Sequence record: NC_073064.1
DNA length: 45,904 nt
Reading direction: 5' to 3' (one strand)
From: Escherichia phage vB_EcoS_PTXU06
Within the stretch, counting starts at the first letter, position 1, and each line of letters begins with the position of its first letter. The position numbers were made by a program, and so were the translations under genes. Shown in pieces: positions 17,219-27,311 of the stretch. The notes beneath the pieces were generated by a model that saw nothing but the letters and a program-made list of their open reading frames with translations, was not told where the DNA came from and ran no database searches.

Positions 17219-19861
17219 ATGGCAGATCAAGCAGCAGGCATCACGCTGAAGGCTGATGTTGCACAAATCAGAACGGCAAATACTGTGCTGGACTCCTTCG
17301 CACAGAAATCCGAGAACACAGAAAACAAGGTTAAGAAATTAAACGACACCCTCGGCAAATCCAAAAATGTGACGAGTGACGCCGCGGGCGGAATGGAGAA
17401 GCTGGCGACTGAATCGCAGCGTGCCGCCGACGGCATGACGAAACAAGAGCGACTTGCCAACCGGTTAGGCATGTCGACCAAAAACCTGGGCTTTGCCTCG
17501 CGTAACGCCGCATTCCAGTTACAGGATATTGCGGTTACGCTTGAGATGGGGATGCCATTGCACCGCGTTATGCTTCAGCAGTTACCACAGCTTACTGGGG
17601 CGTTCGGTGGATTTGGTAACACGCTGCGTTATGTTGCGGGCTTCCTCGGCCCGGTAGGGATCGGCATTGCGGCACTAACGGCAACGCTAGGCGTAGGGGT
17701 GGCGATTACGTCCCGCGCAGAAAACCAGGTCGCAGCGCTTAACAAGACGCTGGCGCTATCCGGTAATATCTCCGGCCTAACAGCTAACCAGATCCTGGTG
17801 TTATCGGAGAACGCCGAGCGCATGGGCGGATCATTCCGCAAGACGCGAGACACAATTCAGGCACTGGCGGCGGCGGGCGTGAAGGCGGGTGCTGACTTCG
17901 GCGCACTGGCTAAGACCGTTAATGACTTCGCGAAGGCGTCCAGCCAGCCGATCGAGGATGTGGTCGCGGCGGTAGCGAAGCTGTCTACAGACCCGGTAGG
18001 CGGCTTGCGAGCATTGGCTGATAAGTATCACGTCGTAAACGAAGCGCAGATCCGGCAGGTACAATCCCTGGTGGATATGGGTCGTGAGACTGAAGCGGTG
18101 GCGCTGGCTAATAAAACAGCCGCGGCGTCGTTCACCACCATGACCAACGATATTAAGTCCAACATGGGAACGCTCGAGCGGTCGATGAACATCGTCACAT
18201 CGGCAGCGAAATCTATGTGGGATGCCATCCTGGATGTTGGACGCGCGCAGTCCTCGAATGAGTCAGAGATGAAAGCGCGTGAATCATTGCAGCGACTGAC
18301 CACGGCTTACTATGCCGAGATGAAAGCGGTAAACGCTGCCGGTGGGGTGATGACCGAAGCGCAGAAAGCGCGTATTAACATGCTTTACAGCGAACTGGTA
18401 GCCCAGGAAAAAGTAGTGGCGTCGCTCACCCTGCGCAACCGTGCCGAGCGTGACAACGCCAACGCCGCGGAACAATCAGCGAAGGCGAACGAGGAGGCCA
18501 ACCGCACCGCGCGGGACCGCGCCGCGTTCGAGAAGGAGTACGCAACCAACGCGAAGAGGCGCGCCGACGAGATCGCCCGCCTCAATTTGCTTAATAAGCG
18601 CGGCGTGATTGACGAGAAAGAGCTTGCCGAGGCGGTGAAGCAGGTAAACGAGCGTTACAAAGACCCCGCCCCGAAGAAGGCCGCCGCCGTTCGAGTCGAT
18701 GCCGGGCTGAAAATGCTGGAGGTCGCACGGAGCGAACTGGCACAGCTTCGAGAATCCGGCAAGCAGATCGAGGCCAACTCTTCGACGCAGACCCGCACGC
18801 AACGAGCGCAAGCGGCCCTTAACAAGCTGATTGCCGACAACGAGCAGTTAATCGCTGCGAGCAAAGAAAGGGCGCTGACGGCAGCAGAGAAGCAGCAATT
18901 AGTCGAGTTCGGACGCGTGAAGGAAGTACGTGAGCAGATCGTCGAAGAAGCCAAATTGCTGGACGCGAAAGAGAAGCAGGTCAAGGCGCACGCGCAGATC
19001 GACGCCTTCGTTAAGAACCAGAACGCCGAGCTAAAAGCCACCGCGGCGGGCTATGCGCTTTCCACTCGCGAAGCGGCTAACCTGCGCGAAGAATTGCAGC
19101 TAATTGACCGCCTTAAGCGGGTGGGCGCTAGCGATACCGATATTGATCTGGCGGTGTCTAAGCTGCGCGAAGTGCAGGAAGCACAGACCGGTGCTAACGC
19201 CTCGCTATGGGATGGATTCAGCCGTGGGCTTAAGGATAGCGTGGATGAAATGGGTAACGGATATACGCAGATGGCGTCACTCACAAAATTCACGTTCGGC
19301 GCTATGCAGGACACGATGAACGAGTTTTTCGAGACTGGCAAGCTGAACGCAAAGGATATGGTTAAGTCCATCCTGAGCGAATTAATCAAGCTGGCTACAT
19401 CGCAGGCGTTCAAGTCCATCGTTAGCGCTTTCGGTGGCGACGGCGGCAAAAACGGATTGTTCGGCGCTATCTTCTCCGGCCTGACTAAGAATGCGGACGG
19501 CGGAGCGTACGCAGGGGGCAATCTCGCGGCCTATTCAGGGCAAGTGGTAAGCCAGCCAACCTTTTTCAGTTATGGCGTCCAGGCGTTCGCTAAGGGGGCA
19601 GGATTGATGGGGGAGGCTGGACCCGAGGCCATCATGCCGCTGAAGCGCGGGCCAGACGGGAAACTGGGCGTTGCCGCTGCCGGTGTAGGCGGGGGAATGA
19701 TTGTAACGACCAACGTTAACATGGGGACCGGTAAGACGGATACCAGTGTTAGCGGACCAGACCCGCGCACCGCGCAGGCGTTCGGGAAGCAAATCACCGA
19801 GTCGGTCAAGGCCGAGATCGTGAAGGCGACGAAACCGGGTGGTGTACTTTACAAACGATGA
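17219..19861 (+). CDS. tail tape measure protein
   Basis: 880 aa, long alpha-helical/coiled-coil character with Gly-rich C-terminal region; follows the chaperone pair. Confidence 0.85.
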   Translation: MADQAAGITLKADVAQIRTANTVLDSFAQKSENTENKVKKLNDTLGKSKNVTSDAAGGMEKLATESQRAADGMTKQERLANRLGMSTKNLGFASRNAAFQLQDIAVTLEMGMPLHRVMLQQLPQLTGAFGGFGNTLRYVAGFLGPVGIGIAALTATLGVGVAITSRAENQVAALNKTLALSGNISGLTANQILVLSENAERMGGSFRKTRDTIQALAAAGVKAGADFGALAKTVNDFAKASSQPIEDVVAAVAKLSTDPVGGLRALADKYHVVNEAQIRQVQSLVDMGRETEAVALANKTAAASFTTMTNDIKSNMGTLERSMNIVTSAAKSMWDAILDVGRAQSSNESEMKARESLQRLTTAYYAEMKAVNAAGGVMTEAQKARINMLYSELVAQEKVVASLTLRNRAERDNANAAEQSAKANEEANRTARDRAAFEKEYATNAKRRADEIARLNLLNKRGVIDEKELAEAVKQVNERYKDPAPKKAAAVRVDAGLKMLEVARSELAQLRESGKQIEANSSTQTRTQRAQAALNKLIADNEQLIAASKERALTAAEKQQLVEFGRVKEVREQIVEEAKLLDAKEKQVKAHAQIDAFVKNQNAELKATAAGYALSTREAANLREELQLIDRLKRVGASDTDIDLAVSKLREVQEAQTGANASLWDGFSRGLKDSVDEMGNGYTQMASLTKFTFGAMQDTMNEFFETGKLNAKDMVKSILSELIKLATSQAFKSIVSAFGGDGGKNGLFGAIFSGLTKNADGGAYAGGNLAAYSGQVVSQPTFFSYGVQAFAKGAGLMGEAGPEAIMPLKRGPDGKLGVAAAGVGGGMIVTTNVNMGTGKTDTSVSGPDPRTAQAFGKQITESVKAEIVKATKPGGVLYKR

Positions 19862-19868
19862 TAAAATG

Positions 19869-19896
19869 GCCCTCACTACAACGTGGGGGCTTTTTT
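19869..19896 (+). terminator. terminator / attenuator hairpin
   Basis: GCCCTCAC-TACAAC-GTGGGGGC hairpin followed by TTTTTT immediately before the next start codon. Confidence 0.45.
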
Positions 19897-20496
19897 ATGT
19901 CACAAGGTACAATCACACTAACGAAAGGAAGTAAGACCGTCACGGGCGCGGGGACGGCGTTCCTGAGCGAGATTGGGAAGGTCCGCGTATTTGCCCGCAT
20001 CGACGGCAACGACTACACCGGCAAAATTGCAGCATTCAACTCTAACACCGTCATCACCCTGGCGGATAACTGGGCAGGTCCGACAAAAGCCGGTGTGGCT
20101 TATGAGCTAATCGAAGCGCACGACCCGCGGTCAAACGAATGGCCCTATTACTGGCACATGCAATTGCAAGGCGGCGGGGACGTGCAGTTAGCTTTCCGGT
20201 CCGAGGAATTGCAATTTGGTAACGGTTACGGTCAGAACATCGCGGACGGCCCGAACGCCGAAACGAAACAGTTCCCCGTGCAATTCATCGGACTTACTAC
20301 TGACAAGTGGTGCAACCCTAAACTGGTTTACAACTTTCTTCGCGGTCACTTCGTCAAGCCGTTTGTTGTCACCGCGCCGGATGGCGAAACAGGTTTATTC
20401 GTGGTCGAGCGTTCGAGCTTGTCGTACACTGACAACGGGAACTACACGGCAACTGTGTCCGCCACCCTCAAGACTGCTATCGGATTTGTAAGATGA
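19897..20496 (+). CDS. minor tail protein (lambda M position)
   Basis: 199 aa directly after tape measure; N-terminal GTITLTKGSKTVTGAGTAF motif shared with the side tail fiber at 27312. Confidence 0.55.
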   Translation: MSQGTITLTKGSKTVTGAGTAFLSEIGKVRVFARIDGNDYTGKIAAFNSNTVITLADNWAGPTKAGVAYELIEAHDPRSNEWPYYWHMQLQGGGDVQLAFRSEELQFGNGYGQNIADGPNAETKQFPVQFIGLTTDKWCNPKLVYNFLRGHFVKPFVVTAPDGETGLFVVERSSLSYTDNGNYTATVSATLKTAIGFVR

Positions 20497-21281
20497 ATAA
20501 ATTATATCGTGAGGCGACGCGCTTTGATCCATCGGGTCGCGTTCGCCTGATTCACATTGACGCGCAGGACGTGGAACCAGGCGACGGTGCGATCGGCGCG
20601 GGCCATCACTATTTCCACTACTGCTTTATTCCGCACACTGCCGAGGATATTGCTGCCGCGGGCGGAGACGAGGACAAGCTAAAGCCAAAATCTATCTTCT
20701 TCGGCGGGCAGGAATTCGAATTCTGGCCCTTCGATTTGTCCGGCCTTAACTTCTCCACATCAACGGCAGCGGAACCGCAGCTAACCATCGTTGATATTGG
20801 CGGAATCATCACCCGGTTGTCGCTGAATCACGACCAGCTACTGGGCGCGAAGGTTGAAATAATCGACACGTTCGCGAAGTTCCTGGATAACGGGTCGGAT
20901 CCAGACCCGACGCAGAAACGAGTTCAGGAGTATTACATCGACTCGCAGGTTGGGCGCAATCCTGGCAAGCAAATCACCTTCGCACTATCCTCTCCTGCGG
21001 ATATGGAGGGGCAAGTAGTCCCCCGCCGCCAAATCATGAATATGTGCGAATGGGCGTTAAATGGGAAGTACGCCAGCGGGGACGGGTGCACCTGGAACCT
21101 TGCGAAGCCAGGTATCAAGTATTACGACGAGCGGGGTAATGAAGTCATCGCGATGAATATGGACCGATGCGGCGGATGCTTGTCGGACTGCTATCTTCGT
21201 TTTGGACAAGGTCTTGCAGACCCAAAAGCGGCGGTGCTGGACTTCGGCGGTTTTCCAGGGTCCAAATTAATTAAGGGGTAG
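20493..21281 (+). CDS. minor tail protein L-like
   Basis: 262 aa; C-terminal cysteine cluster (CGGCLSDC) as in Fe-S-binding lambda L proteins; position in the tail-tip operon. Confidence 0.7.
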   Translation: MNKLYREATRFDPSGRVRLIHIDAQDVEPGDGAIGAGHHYFHYCFIPHTAEDIAAAGGDEDKLKPKSIFFGGQEFEFWPFDLSGLNFSTSTAAEPQLTIVDIGGIITRLSLNHDQLLGAKVEIIDTFAKFLDNGSDPDPTQKRVQEYYIDSQVGRNPGKQITFALSSPADMEGQVVPRRQIMNMCEWALNGKYASGDGCTWNLAKPGIKYYDERGNEVIAMNMDRCGGCLSDCYLRFGQGLADPKAAVLDFGGFPGSKLIKG

Positions 21282-21283
21282 TC

Positions 21284-22024
21284 ATGCTAACGAAGAAGGT
21301 TAAACGCGATATCGCCGCACACGTTGCGGCATGTCTGCCGGAAGAAGCGTGCGGGCTGGTCGTCATGGTGGGCCGCAAACAAGTGTTTATCCCGTGCCTG
21401 AACGTGTTTGAAGACCCGACCGGCGTGCGCTCACGCAAAGACGCTTTCACGATTAGTGATATGGCCTGGATGGACGCCGAGGATATGGGCGACGTTGTGC
21501 GCGTAGTCCACTCGCACCCGGGTCAGCGCGAGCTAACCCCGTCATTGGGCGACGTTAATGGGTGCAACGGCAGCGGCGTCGTCTGGACCATCACTAACGA
21601 ATATGGCGACTTTATCGAGATCGACCCGGAAGACCCGCCGCTGGTAGGTCGCCGATTTGTTCTCGGAATTACGGATTGTTATGGCCTCGTTATGGATTGG
21701 CATAAAAAGCAGGGCGTAAACCTGCCAGACTTCCGTGTACCGTACAACTGGTGGGAGACAGGCGAAAACCTGTATATGGACAATTGGTATGGCGCTGGCT
21801 TCCGGGAGTGTGAGGAGAACACGCCGGGGGCGATGGTCATCATGCAGATTAGCGCGCCAGTGCCTAACCATGCCGGAATCTACCTTCCGGGCAACCAATT
21901 ACTACACCATATATACGGCAGCCTGTCTAGCGTGATCCCCTTCCGGGCGGGATTTTTCCGCGACAATGTGGTTAAATGGGTACGTCATAAAGACCTACCG
22001 GGGGATATCACAGAATGGCAATGA
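21284..22024 (+). CDS. tail assembly protein K-like (JAB/MPN plus NlpC/P60-like)
   Basis: 246 aa; HSHPGQRELTPSLGD matches the JAMM HxH...S..D metal-binding pattern. Confidence 0.7.
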   Translation: MLTKKVKRDIAAHVAACLPEEACGLVVMVGRKQVFIPCLNVFEDPTGVRSRKDAFTISDMAWMDAEDMGDVVRVVHSHPGQRELTPSLGDVNGCNGSGVVWTITNEYGDFIEIDPEDPPLVGRRFVLGITDCYGLVMDWHKKQGVNLPDFRVPYNWWETGENLYMDNWYGAGFRECEENTPGAMVIMQISAPVPNHAGIYLPGNQLLHHIYGSLSSVIPFRAGFFRDNVVKWVRHKDLPGDITEWQ

Positions 22025-22632
22025 CCACCTTTAAACTCTACGGCGTCTTAGGACGTCGTTTCGGTAAAGTGCATAAGCTGGACTGCTTCACGCCGGGCGA
22101 GGGTATCACCGGCCTGTGTGTGAAGTTACCAGGCCTACAGGACTTTTTAATGTCGGCCCACCTTGACAACATGATGTTCAAAGTGCGCAAGGGCAATCAC
22201 ACAATGACCGGCTACGATGAGCTGGGCGAGTTCCACGGCAACCGCGTAGTAACCATCGCCCCGGTTATGACTGGTGCAAAAAGCGGACTGGGCCAATTGC
22301 TGGCGGGTGTAGCAATCGTGGTGGCGTCGTTCTATACCGGCGGGCTTGCGACTGCCGCTTTCGGAGCTTCAGCGGCGACCGCGGCCTCTATTGGCGCAGC
22401 GACGTTTTCGTTCGGGATGTCTATGGCGCTGGGGGGCGTTATGCAATTGCTATCGCCGCAACCGAAAGGATTGCAGACACGGCAGGACGTGGATAACAAG
22501 GCGTCGTATGCGTTCGGCGGACCGGTAAACACGACCGCGCAAGGCACGGCACTTGGTGTATTATGGGGCGAACGTGAGATCGGCGGCGCTATTATTTCAG
22601 CCGGAATCGTAACAGAGGACTTGAACGAATGA
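22015..22632 (+). CDS. tail assembly protein I-like
   Basis: 205 aa; Gly/Ala-rich hydrophobic C-terminal half; position between K-like and J-like genes. Confidence 0.6.
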   Translation: MAMTTFKLYGVLGRRFGKVHKLDCFTPGEGITGLCVKLPGLQDFLMSAHLDNMMFKVRKGNHTMTGYDELGEFHGNRVVTIAPVMTGAKSGLGQLLAGVAIVVASFYTGGLATAAFGASAATAASIGAATFSFGMSMALGGVMQLLSPQPKGLQTRQDVDNKASYAFGGPVNTTAQGTALGVLWGEREIGGAIISAGIVTEDLNE

Positions 22633-25600
22633 CGATTATCTACGACGTCACTGGGCATAAAGGCGGCGGCGGCAAACAGCACACCCCGCAGGAGACGCCG
22701 GACAGCCTGCATTCGCTGGCTAAAATCCGCATCTTGCTTGCGCTGGGGGAAGGGGAGTTCGAAAGTATTACCAGCGCCAGCGAATTGCGGCAGCGAGTAT
22801 ATCTGGACGGCACGCCGATCCAGAACGCCGACCTGTCGGAAAACTTCCCCGGCGCGCGCGTGGAGTTCCGCCCAGGCACACAGCACCAGGACGTGATCCA
22901 CGGATTTTCAGCGGTAGAAAGCGAGCAGTCCGTCGGTGTAAAACTGGAAAACGGCACGCCGTGGGTGCGCCAGATTAATGACACCAGTCTTGACGCTGTG
23001 CGCATTCGAATCGGCATTCCGGCTTTGTACACCAACGAAGATAATGGCGACCTGGTGGGCGGGCGCATCGACTATAAAATCGTTGTGTACACCGATAACG
23101 CGGATCCGCGCGAGTTCAACTTCGCTGCCGTTGGTAAAACAATGTCGCTATATGAGCGCGACCACCGCATCGAATTACCGCCGAACGTGAATACCGGCTG
23201 GCGCGTGGAAGTTCACCGCACAACGGCAGATTCTACATCGGCGAAAGTGGTTAATGATATCCGGGTGCAATCCATCACTGAGATTATCGACGCCCGCCTG
23301 CGTTACCCGCTAACCGCGCTGTTGTTTGTGGAGTTCGACGCCAAAGCGTTCCAGAACATCCCGCGCGTGTCCATCAAGTGCAAAGGCCGCAAAGTTCTAA
23401 TACCGAACAACTACGACCCGATTAATCATACCTATTCCGGGGACTGGGATGGCACGTTCAAACGCGCATGGACGGATAACCCCGCGTGGCACTGGTACGA
23501 TATTTGTATTACTGAGCGCTTCGGCCTCGGTCGGCGTATCAAACCGCAAATGTTAAACCGGTACGCGCTCTACCAGATTGCGCAGCGCTGCGATCAGTTG
23601 GTCAGTGACGGCAACGGCGGGCGAGAAATCCGCTTTAAGAATGATATGTACATACAGTCGCAGACCGACGCCTGGACCGTGCTTAAGGATCTAGCTGCCA
23701 TCTTTGCCGGTATGACCTGGTGGGGAAACCAGATGTTGAATATCGTAAGTGACCAGCCGGTCGCAGCGGTATCGCACACTATCACCAACGCCTCGGTTAT
23801 TGATGGCAGATTTGACTACGCGTCAGGGAGCCAGAAAACCCGCTATTCCACGTTCGCGGTAGCATACGGCAACCCGAAAAACCACTATGATGACGCTATC
23901 GCAACGGGCCAGCGCGTCGAACTGGTGCGCCGCCATAAGATTAACCGTCTTGATATAACGGCGATCGGCTGTACGCGCGAATCTGAAGCGCAACGCCGCG
24001 GACACTGGGCGCTAATCTCCAACCAGTTGGACCAGCAGGTCAGCTTCAAGGTTGGCATGGAGGGGCTATTCTTTATTCCTGGTAGCGTAGTCGCGATCGC
24101 GGATACTAATATTTCCGGCGGATTCGAGACTCGCGGCGGTCGCCTGTTGTCAGACCCTGGCACGCGTACCGTGCTTAACACAGACAGCGAAATCACATTC
24201 CGCCCTGGTGATAAGTTCCTGGTGCGCACCGATAGCGGAAATGTGGAGACTCGCGAGATCGCCAGCGTCAACGGCAACAAGGTCACGCTAAAAACCGCAC
24301 TGGATGCCGACCCGATTCCAGACCAACCGTTTTGCGTTGATGGCGACGATATCCAGTTGCAAAAATTCCGCATCACCGATCTGGAGTATGACGACTCTAC
24401 GAGCACTTTCTCGGTGCGCGGGATTGAATACAACGATAGCAAATATGATGCCGTTGATAATGGCGCACGACTAGACCCGGGCATCTTTACGCAAGTGCCA
24501 GACGGGGTAATGAAGGGGCCGGAATCCGTGACCATCACCCCGTCGCAGATTTCATCGCAAGGACAGCTAATCACCAACGTGGATATTGTTTTCCCGCCGG
24601 TGAAAGATGCCGTTGTATACGAAATCCAGTGGCGACGTACCAGCTTGCAGAATATGGCAATCCAGTGGGGAAACGACTGGGTAAACATCCCCCGCACGGC
24701 ATCGAACGGCGCTCACATCCCAAATGTGTTTTCTGGTAACTACCAGGCCCGCGTCCGCGCGATCGGTATGGGCGAGATTTCATCCCCGTGGGTGGAGTCT
24801 GCCATCACGCCGGTAGAAGGTCGTCTCGGTGGGCTTAACGCGCCTATCATCACTAACGCGATTTCTGGCCTCCACCAGATTTTGTGGAAGTGGAACCATA
24901 ACAACGCCGCGACGGATATCTCTTACACCGAGCTTGAAGTGCGCAAGACTGGTGAAACGGAATGGAAATTTCTTACAAACGTCCCATATCCGGGGGCGGA
25001 GTATGCCCAAACGTCACTGGAGTTCGGGATCTATCAGCAGTTGCGCGCCCGTGTAGCGGATAAAATCGGCAACCTATCGGACTGGTCGGACCCGTTTGAA
25101 GGGCAGGTGAGTGACAAAGTTGACGAGTACATGAAGGGTCTTGATGACGAGTTCTTGACTTCCGAGGATGGTAAACGCTTCCAGGAAGCAATCGACACGA
25201 TCCCGCAGGGTATTTACGAGGCGATGCTCACCGACGCGCAGCAATTGTTCAACGCCCGCGCCGAGTACAAGGGTATTTATGCGGAAATCTCGGTCGCGTA
25301 TAACGTGGCGGCGGACGCCCACAAGGCGGTCGCCCAACTGGAGACGTTGATCGGCACGCGACTTGACGATGCGGAAGCGGCGATCCACACGTTGCAGACA
25401 GCGCAAAGCACGCACGAACAAGCGTTTGCCCAGTACCAGCAAACTGTTGCCGCTAAGTTCGGGGAACAGGAAGCCGCCATCCAGCAGGTGCAAACGGCAA
25501 CGGCAGACGTAGCGGGCGCGCTGGCGGAGTACAAGACCCAGGTCGCGGCACAGTTCGGTCAGCAGTCCGCCGCTATCGAGCAGAAGATGACGTCCACGTT

Positions 25601-26051
25601 TAACCATGCCGGTGGCAACGCCACATACCGCCTTAAGGCTGGCGTGACGTATAACGGGACTTACTACGATGCCGGTATGCAGCTTTCAGTTGTTGCGGAA
25701 GGTGGCGAGGTTAAATCCCGCATCGCGTTCAAGGCGGACCAGTTCTACATCATGCACCCATCTAACGGGTCGCTTTCGTCCGCGTTTATCGTGGACGGCG
25801 GCGCGGTGTATATTGACACGGCACGCATCAAGGACGCGACTATCAACTTCGCGCAGATCACGGACACGCTGCAATCGAATAACTATGACGGCTACTCGCG
25901 TGGCTGGCGCTTAGGGAAAGACGGAACGTTTATCAACCTGGGAACCGGTAACGGTGGCGGGGCGATGAAAATGACGAATGACACAATCAGCGTAAAGGAT
26001 TCTAACGGAGTTTTGCGAGTTCAGATTGGTAAAATCACGGGGGGTTGGTGA
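22629..26051 (+). CDS. host specificity protein J-like central tail fiber
   Basis: 1140 aa; N-terminus (HKGGGGKQHTPQE...) resembles lambda J-family proteins; terminal gene of the tail-tip operon. Confidence 0.85.
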   Translation: MTIIYDVTGHKGGGGKQHTPQETPDSLHSLAKIRILLALGEGEFESITSASELRQRVYLDGTPIQNADLSENFPGARVEFRPGTQHQDVIHGFSAVESEQSVGVKLENGTPWVRQINDTSLDAVRIRIGIPALYTNEDNGDLVGGRIDYKIVVYTDNADPREFNFAAVGKTMSLYERDHRIELPPNVNTGWRVEVHRTTADSTSAKVVNDIRVQSITEIIDARLRYPLTALLFVEFDAKAFQNIPRVSIKCKGRKVLIPNNYDPINHTYSGDWDGTFKRAWTDNPAWHWYDICITERFGLGRRIKPQMLNRYALYQIAQRCDQLVSDGNGGREIRFKNDMYIQSQTDAWTVLKDLAAIFAGMTWWGNQMLNIVSDQPVAAVSHTITNASVIDGRFDYASGSQKTRYSTFAVAYGNPKNHYDDAIATGQRVELVRRHKINRLDITAIGCTRESEAQRRGHWALISNQLDQQVSFKVGMEGLFFIPGSVVAIADTNISGGFETRGGRLLSDPGTRTVLNTDSEITFRPGDKFLVRTDSGNVETREIASVNGNKVTLKTALDADPIPDQPFCVDGDDIQLQKFRITDLEYDDSTSTFSVRGIEYNDSKYDAVDNGARLDPGIFTQVPDGVMKGPESVTITPSQISSQGQLITNVDIVFPPVKDAVVYEIQWRRTSLQNMAIQWGNDWVNIPRTASNGAHIPNVFSGNYQARVRAIGMGEISSPWVESAITPVEGRLGGLNAPIITNAISGLHQILWKWNHNNAATDISYTELEVRKTGETEWKFLTNVPYPGAEYAQTSLEFGIYQQLRARVADKIGNLSDWSDPFEGQVSDKVDEYMKGLDDEFLTSEDGKRFQEAIDTIPQGIYEAMLTDAQQLFNARAEYKGIYAEISVAYNVAADAHKAVAQLETLIGTRLDDAEAAIHTLQTAQSTHEQAFAQYQQTVAAKFGEQEAAIQQVQTATADVAGALAEYKTQVAAQFGQQSAAIEQKMTSTFNHAGGNATYRLKAGVTYNGTYYDAGMQLSVVAEGGEVKSRIAFKADQFYIMHPSNGSLSSAFIVDGGAVYIDTARIKDATINFAQITDTLQSNNYDGYSRGWRLGKDGTFINLGTGNGGGAMKMTNDTISVKDSNGVLRVQIGKITGGW

Positions 26052-26054
26052 TAT

Positions 26055-26076
26055 AGGGGCTTCGGCCCCTTCTATC
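26055..26076. terminator. bidirectional terminator-like hairpin
   Basis: AGGGGC-TTCG-GCCCCT hairpin between convergent genes; weak T-tract. Confidence 0.4.
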
Positions 26077-26689
26077 AATCGTATTTAGCCGCATCTATTG
26101 CGAGTATGGATGGTGAATAATAAACGCCGAGCGGCCCTGGTGTGTGGGCGACTTGCTTAGATATCGAATAAATGCTTGTTCCGGATGCGCCGGATTGTGA
26201 TTCATAAATCGCGTGCCCACCAATCTGAGGGGTGGGAACCGAGTTTATTGCCGTTTGTTGTGGCGATACGGCACATGTATACCCCAGATTAACATCAAAA
26301 GACAGACCATTTATCGGTATTTGGTGGGCCTCCAGCGGCAGCATTTTCCCGTGGTACACCATATTCCCAGCAGAATTATAGAATGCGATCCCGTAGTCTC
26401 CTGGCGGGGTAACCATATCACTAAAAGCATAAACCTTAATCCATCCGGGATTGTCGGTCTTGTCTAGCCGGAGCGCATGGTAACCCCCGTTATTTATGTG
26501 AGAGAATGCGGTGTACGCTCGCCCGCCCATCCTCACAAAGAAAAAGCACACGCGATCGAATGGTATTGGCGTTGTAAAAACAGAACCGCTATACACCCCC
26601 ATATCACCGCGACTTATTAAATTAACAGGCGTAAAATCCGGGCTTAACCAAATGGACCCATCCGGCTTTGTGATCTGCATTCCGTACAT
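26075..26689 (-). CDS. hypothetical protein
   Basis: 204-aa ORF with GGGGG RBS; 1-nt gap from the upstream ORF; no recognisable motif. Confidence 0.5.
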   Translation of the reverse strand: MYGMQITKPDGSIWLSPDFTPVNLISRGDMGVYSGSVFTTPIPFDRVCFFFVRMGGRAYTAFSHINNGGYHALRLDKTDNPGWIKVYAFSDMVTPPGDYGIAFYNSAGNMVYHGKMLPLEAHQIPINGLSFDVNLGYTCAVSPQQTAINSVPTPQIGGHAIYESQSGASGTSIYSISKQVAHTPGPLGVYYSPSILAIDAAKYD

Positions 26690-26690
26690 G

Positions 26691-26990
26691 CTACCCCCAA
26701 TACGTATATATAAATCTTGATTCGCCAGCGTTAAAGCCGCTCCAGGAGACAGTGTTGTCGCTTACGGATATTGATGGCGCACCCCAAGATGTGCCGTTCC
26801 AGGTATGCGTACCAACGTAACCTGCCTTTAAACTTTTCCCCGGCGGACGGTTGTGATACGTCTTGCTCCCGGATGGTTGTGTGAATTTGTCAAGAAAAAA
26901 AACCGGCGTTAACAGGCCTGTGACGTCACGACCATGTTCGTCATAAATCGCGTACCCATAGTTACTCACTTCTACACTCCACAATTTCAA
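26691..26990 (-). CDS. hypothetical protein
   Basis: 99-aa ORF, translationally coupled to the downstream gene. Confidence 0.45.
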   Translation of the reverse strand: MKLWSVEVSNYGYAIYDEHGRDVTGLLTPVFFLDKFTQPSGSKTYHNRPPGKSLKAGYVGTHTWNGTSWGAPSISVSDNTVSWSGFNAGESRFIYTYWG

Positions 26991-27231
26991 ATTTATCTTC
27001 GCTTTGCCATCTGTGAACGAAAGTTACAAATTTCTGTGATGGGGCTACTCGGTATTGTTTTTCGCCAAATCGGTTTTCACGCACCGCGTTTAGTTTAACA
27101 GGGTAGCTATCGTTTACGGGGAATGTTTTAACCGCATATTGGCCTACGCAATCGATAGCCTTGTAGTTGCCGTCTGGCGATGCGGAGCAACCGGACAAAA
27201 GAACCGCACAAATCATAATTAAAGTTTTCAT
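26962..27231 (-). CDS. small lipoprotein (candidate superinfection-exclusion / receptor-blocking protein)
   Basis: Start at the internal ATG with GGAGA RBS; signal peptide with lipobox L-S-G-C (MKTLIMICAVLLSGCSA); sits between two tail fiber genes. Confidence 0.5.
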   Translation of the reverse strand: MKTLIMICAVLLSGCSASPDGNYKAIDCVGQYAVKTFPVNDSYPVKLNAVRENRFGEKQYRVAPSQKFVTFVHRWQSEDKFEIVECRSE

Positions 27232-27311
27232 GGTATCATCTCCTATATTTGGTTGAGTTTTAGTATTACACCGCTCGATCAAGAATGCAACCAATTTACG
27301 AGGATTTAGCT

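Noticed and set aside
22015-22020. Alternative start for the I-like gene at ATG 22021
   Set aside because: Both starts are plausible; 22015 was kept because it preserves the overlap and coupling pattern with the K-like gene.
23885-24697. 270-aa minus-strand ORF inside the J-like gene
   Set aside because: Antisense shadow ORF embedded in a long, well-supported plus-strand gene in a GC-rich region.
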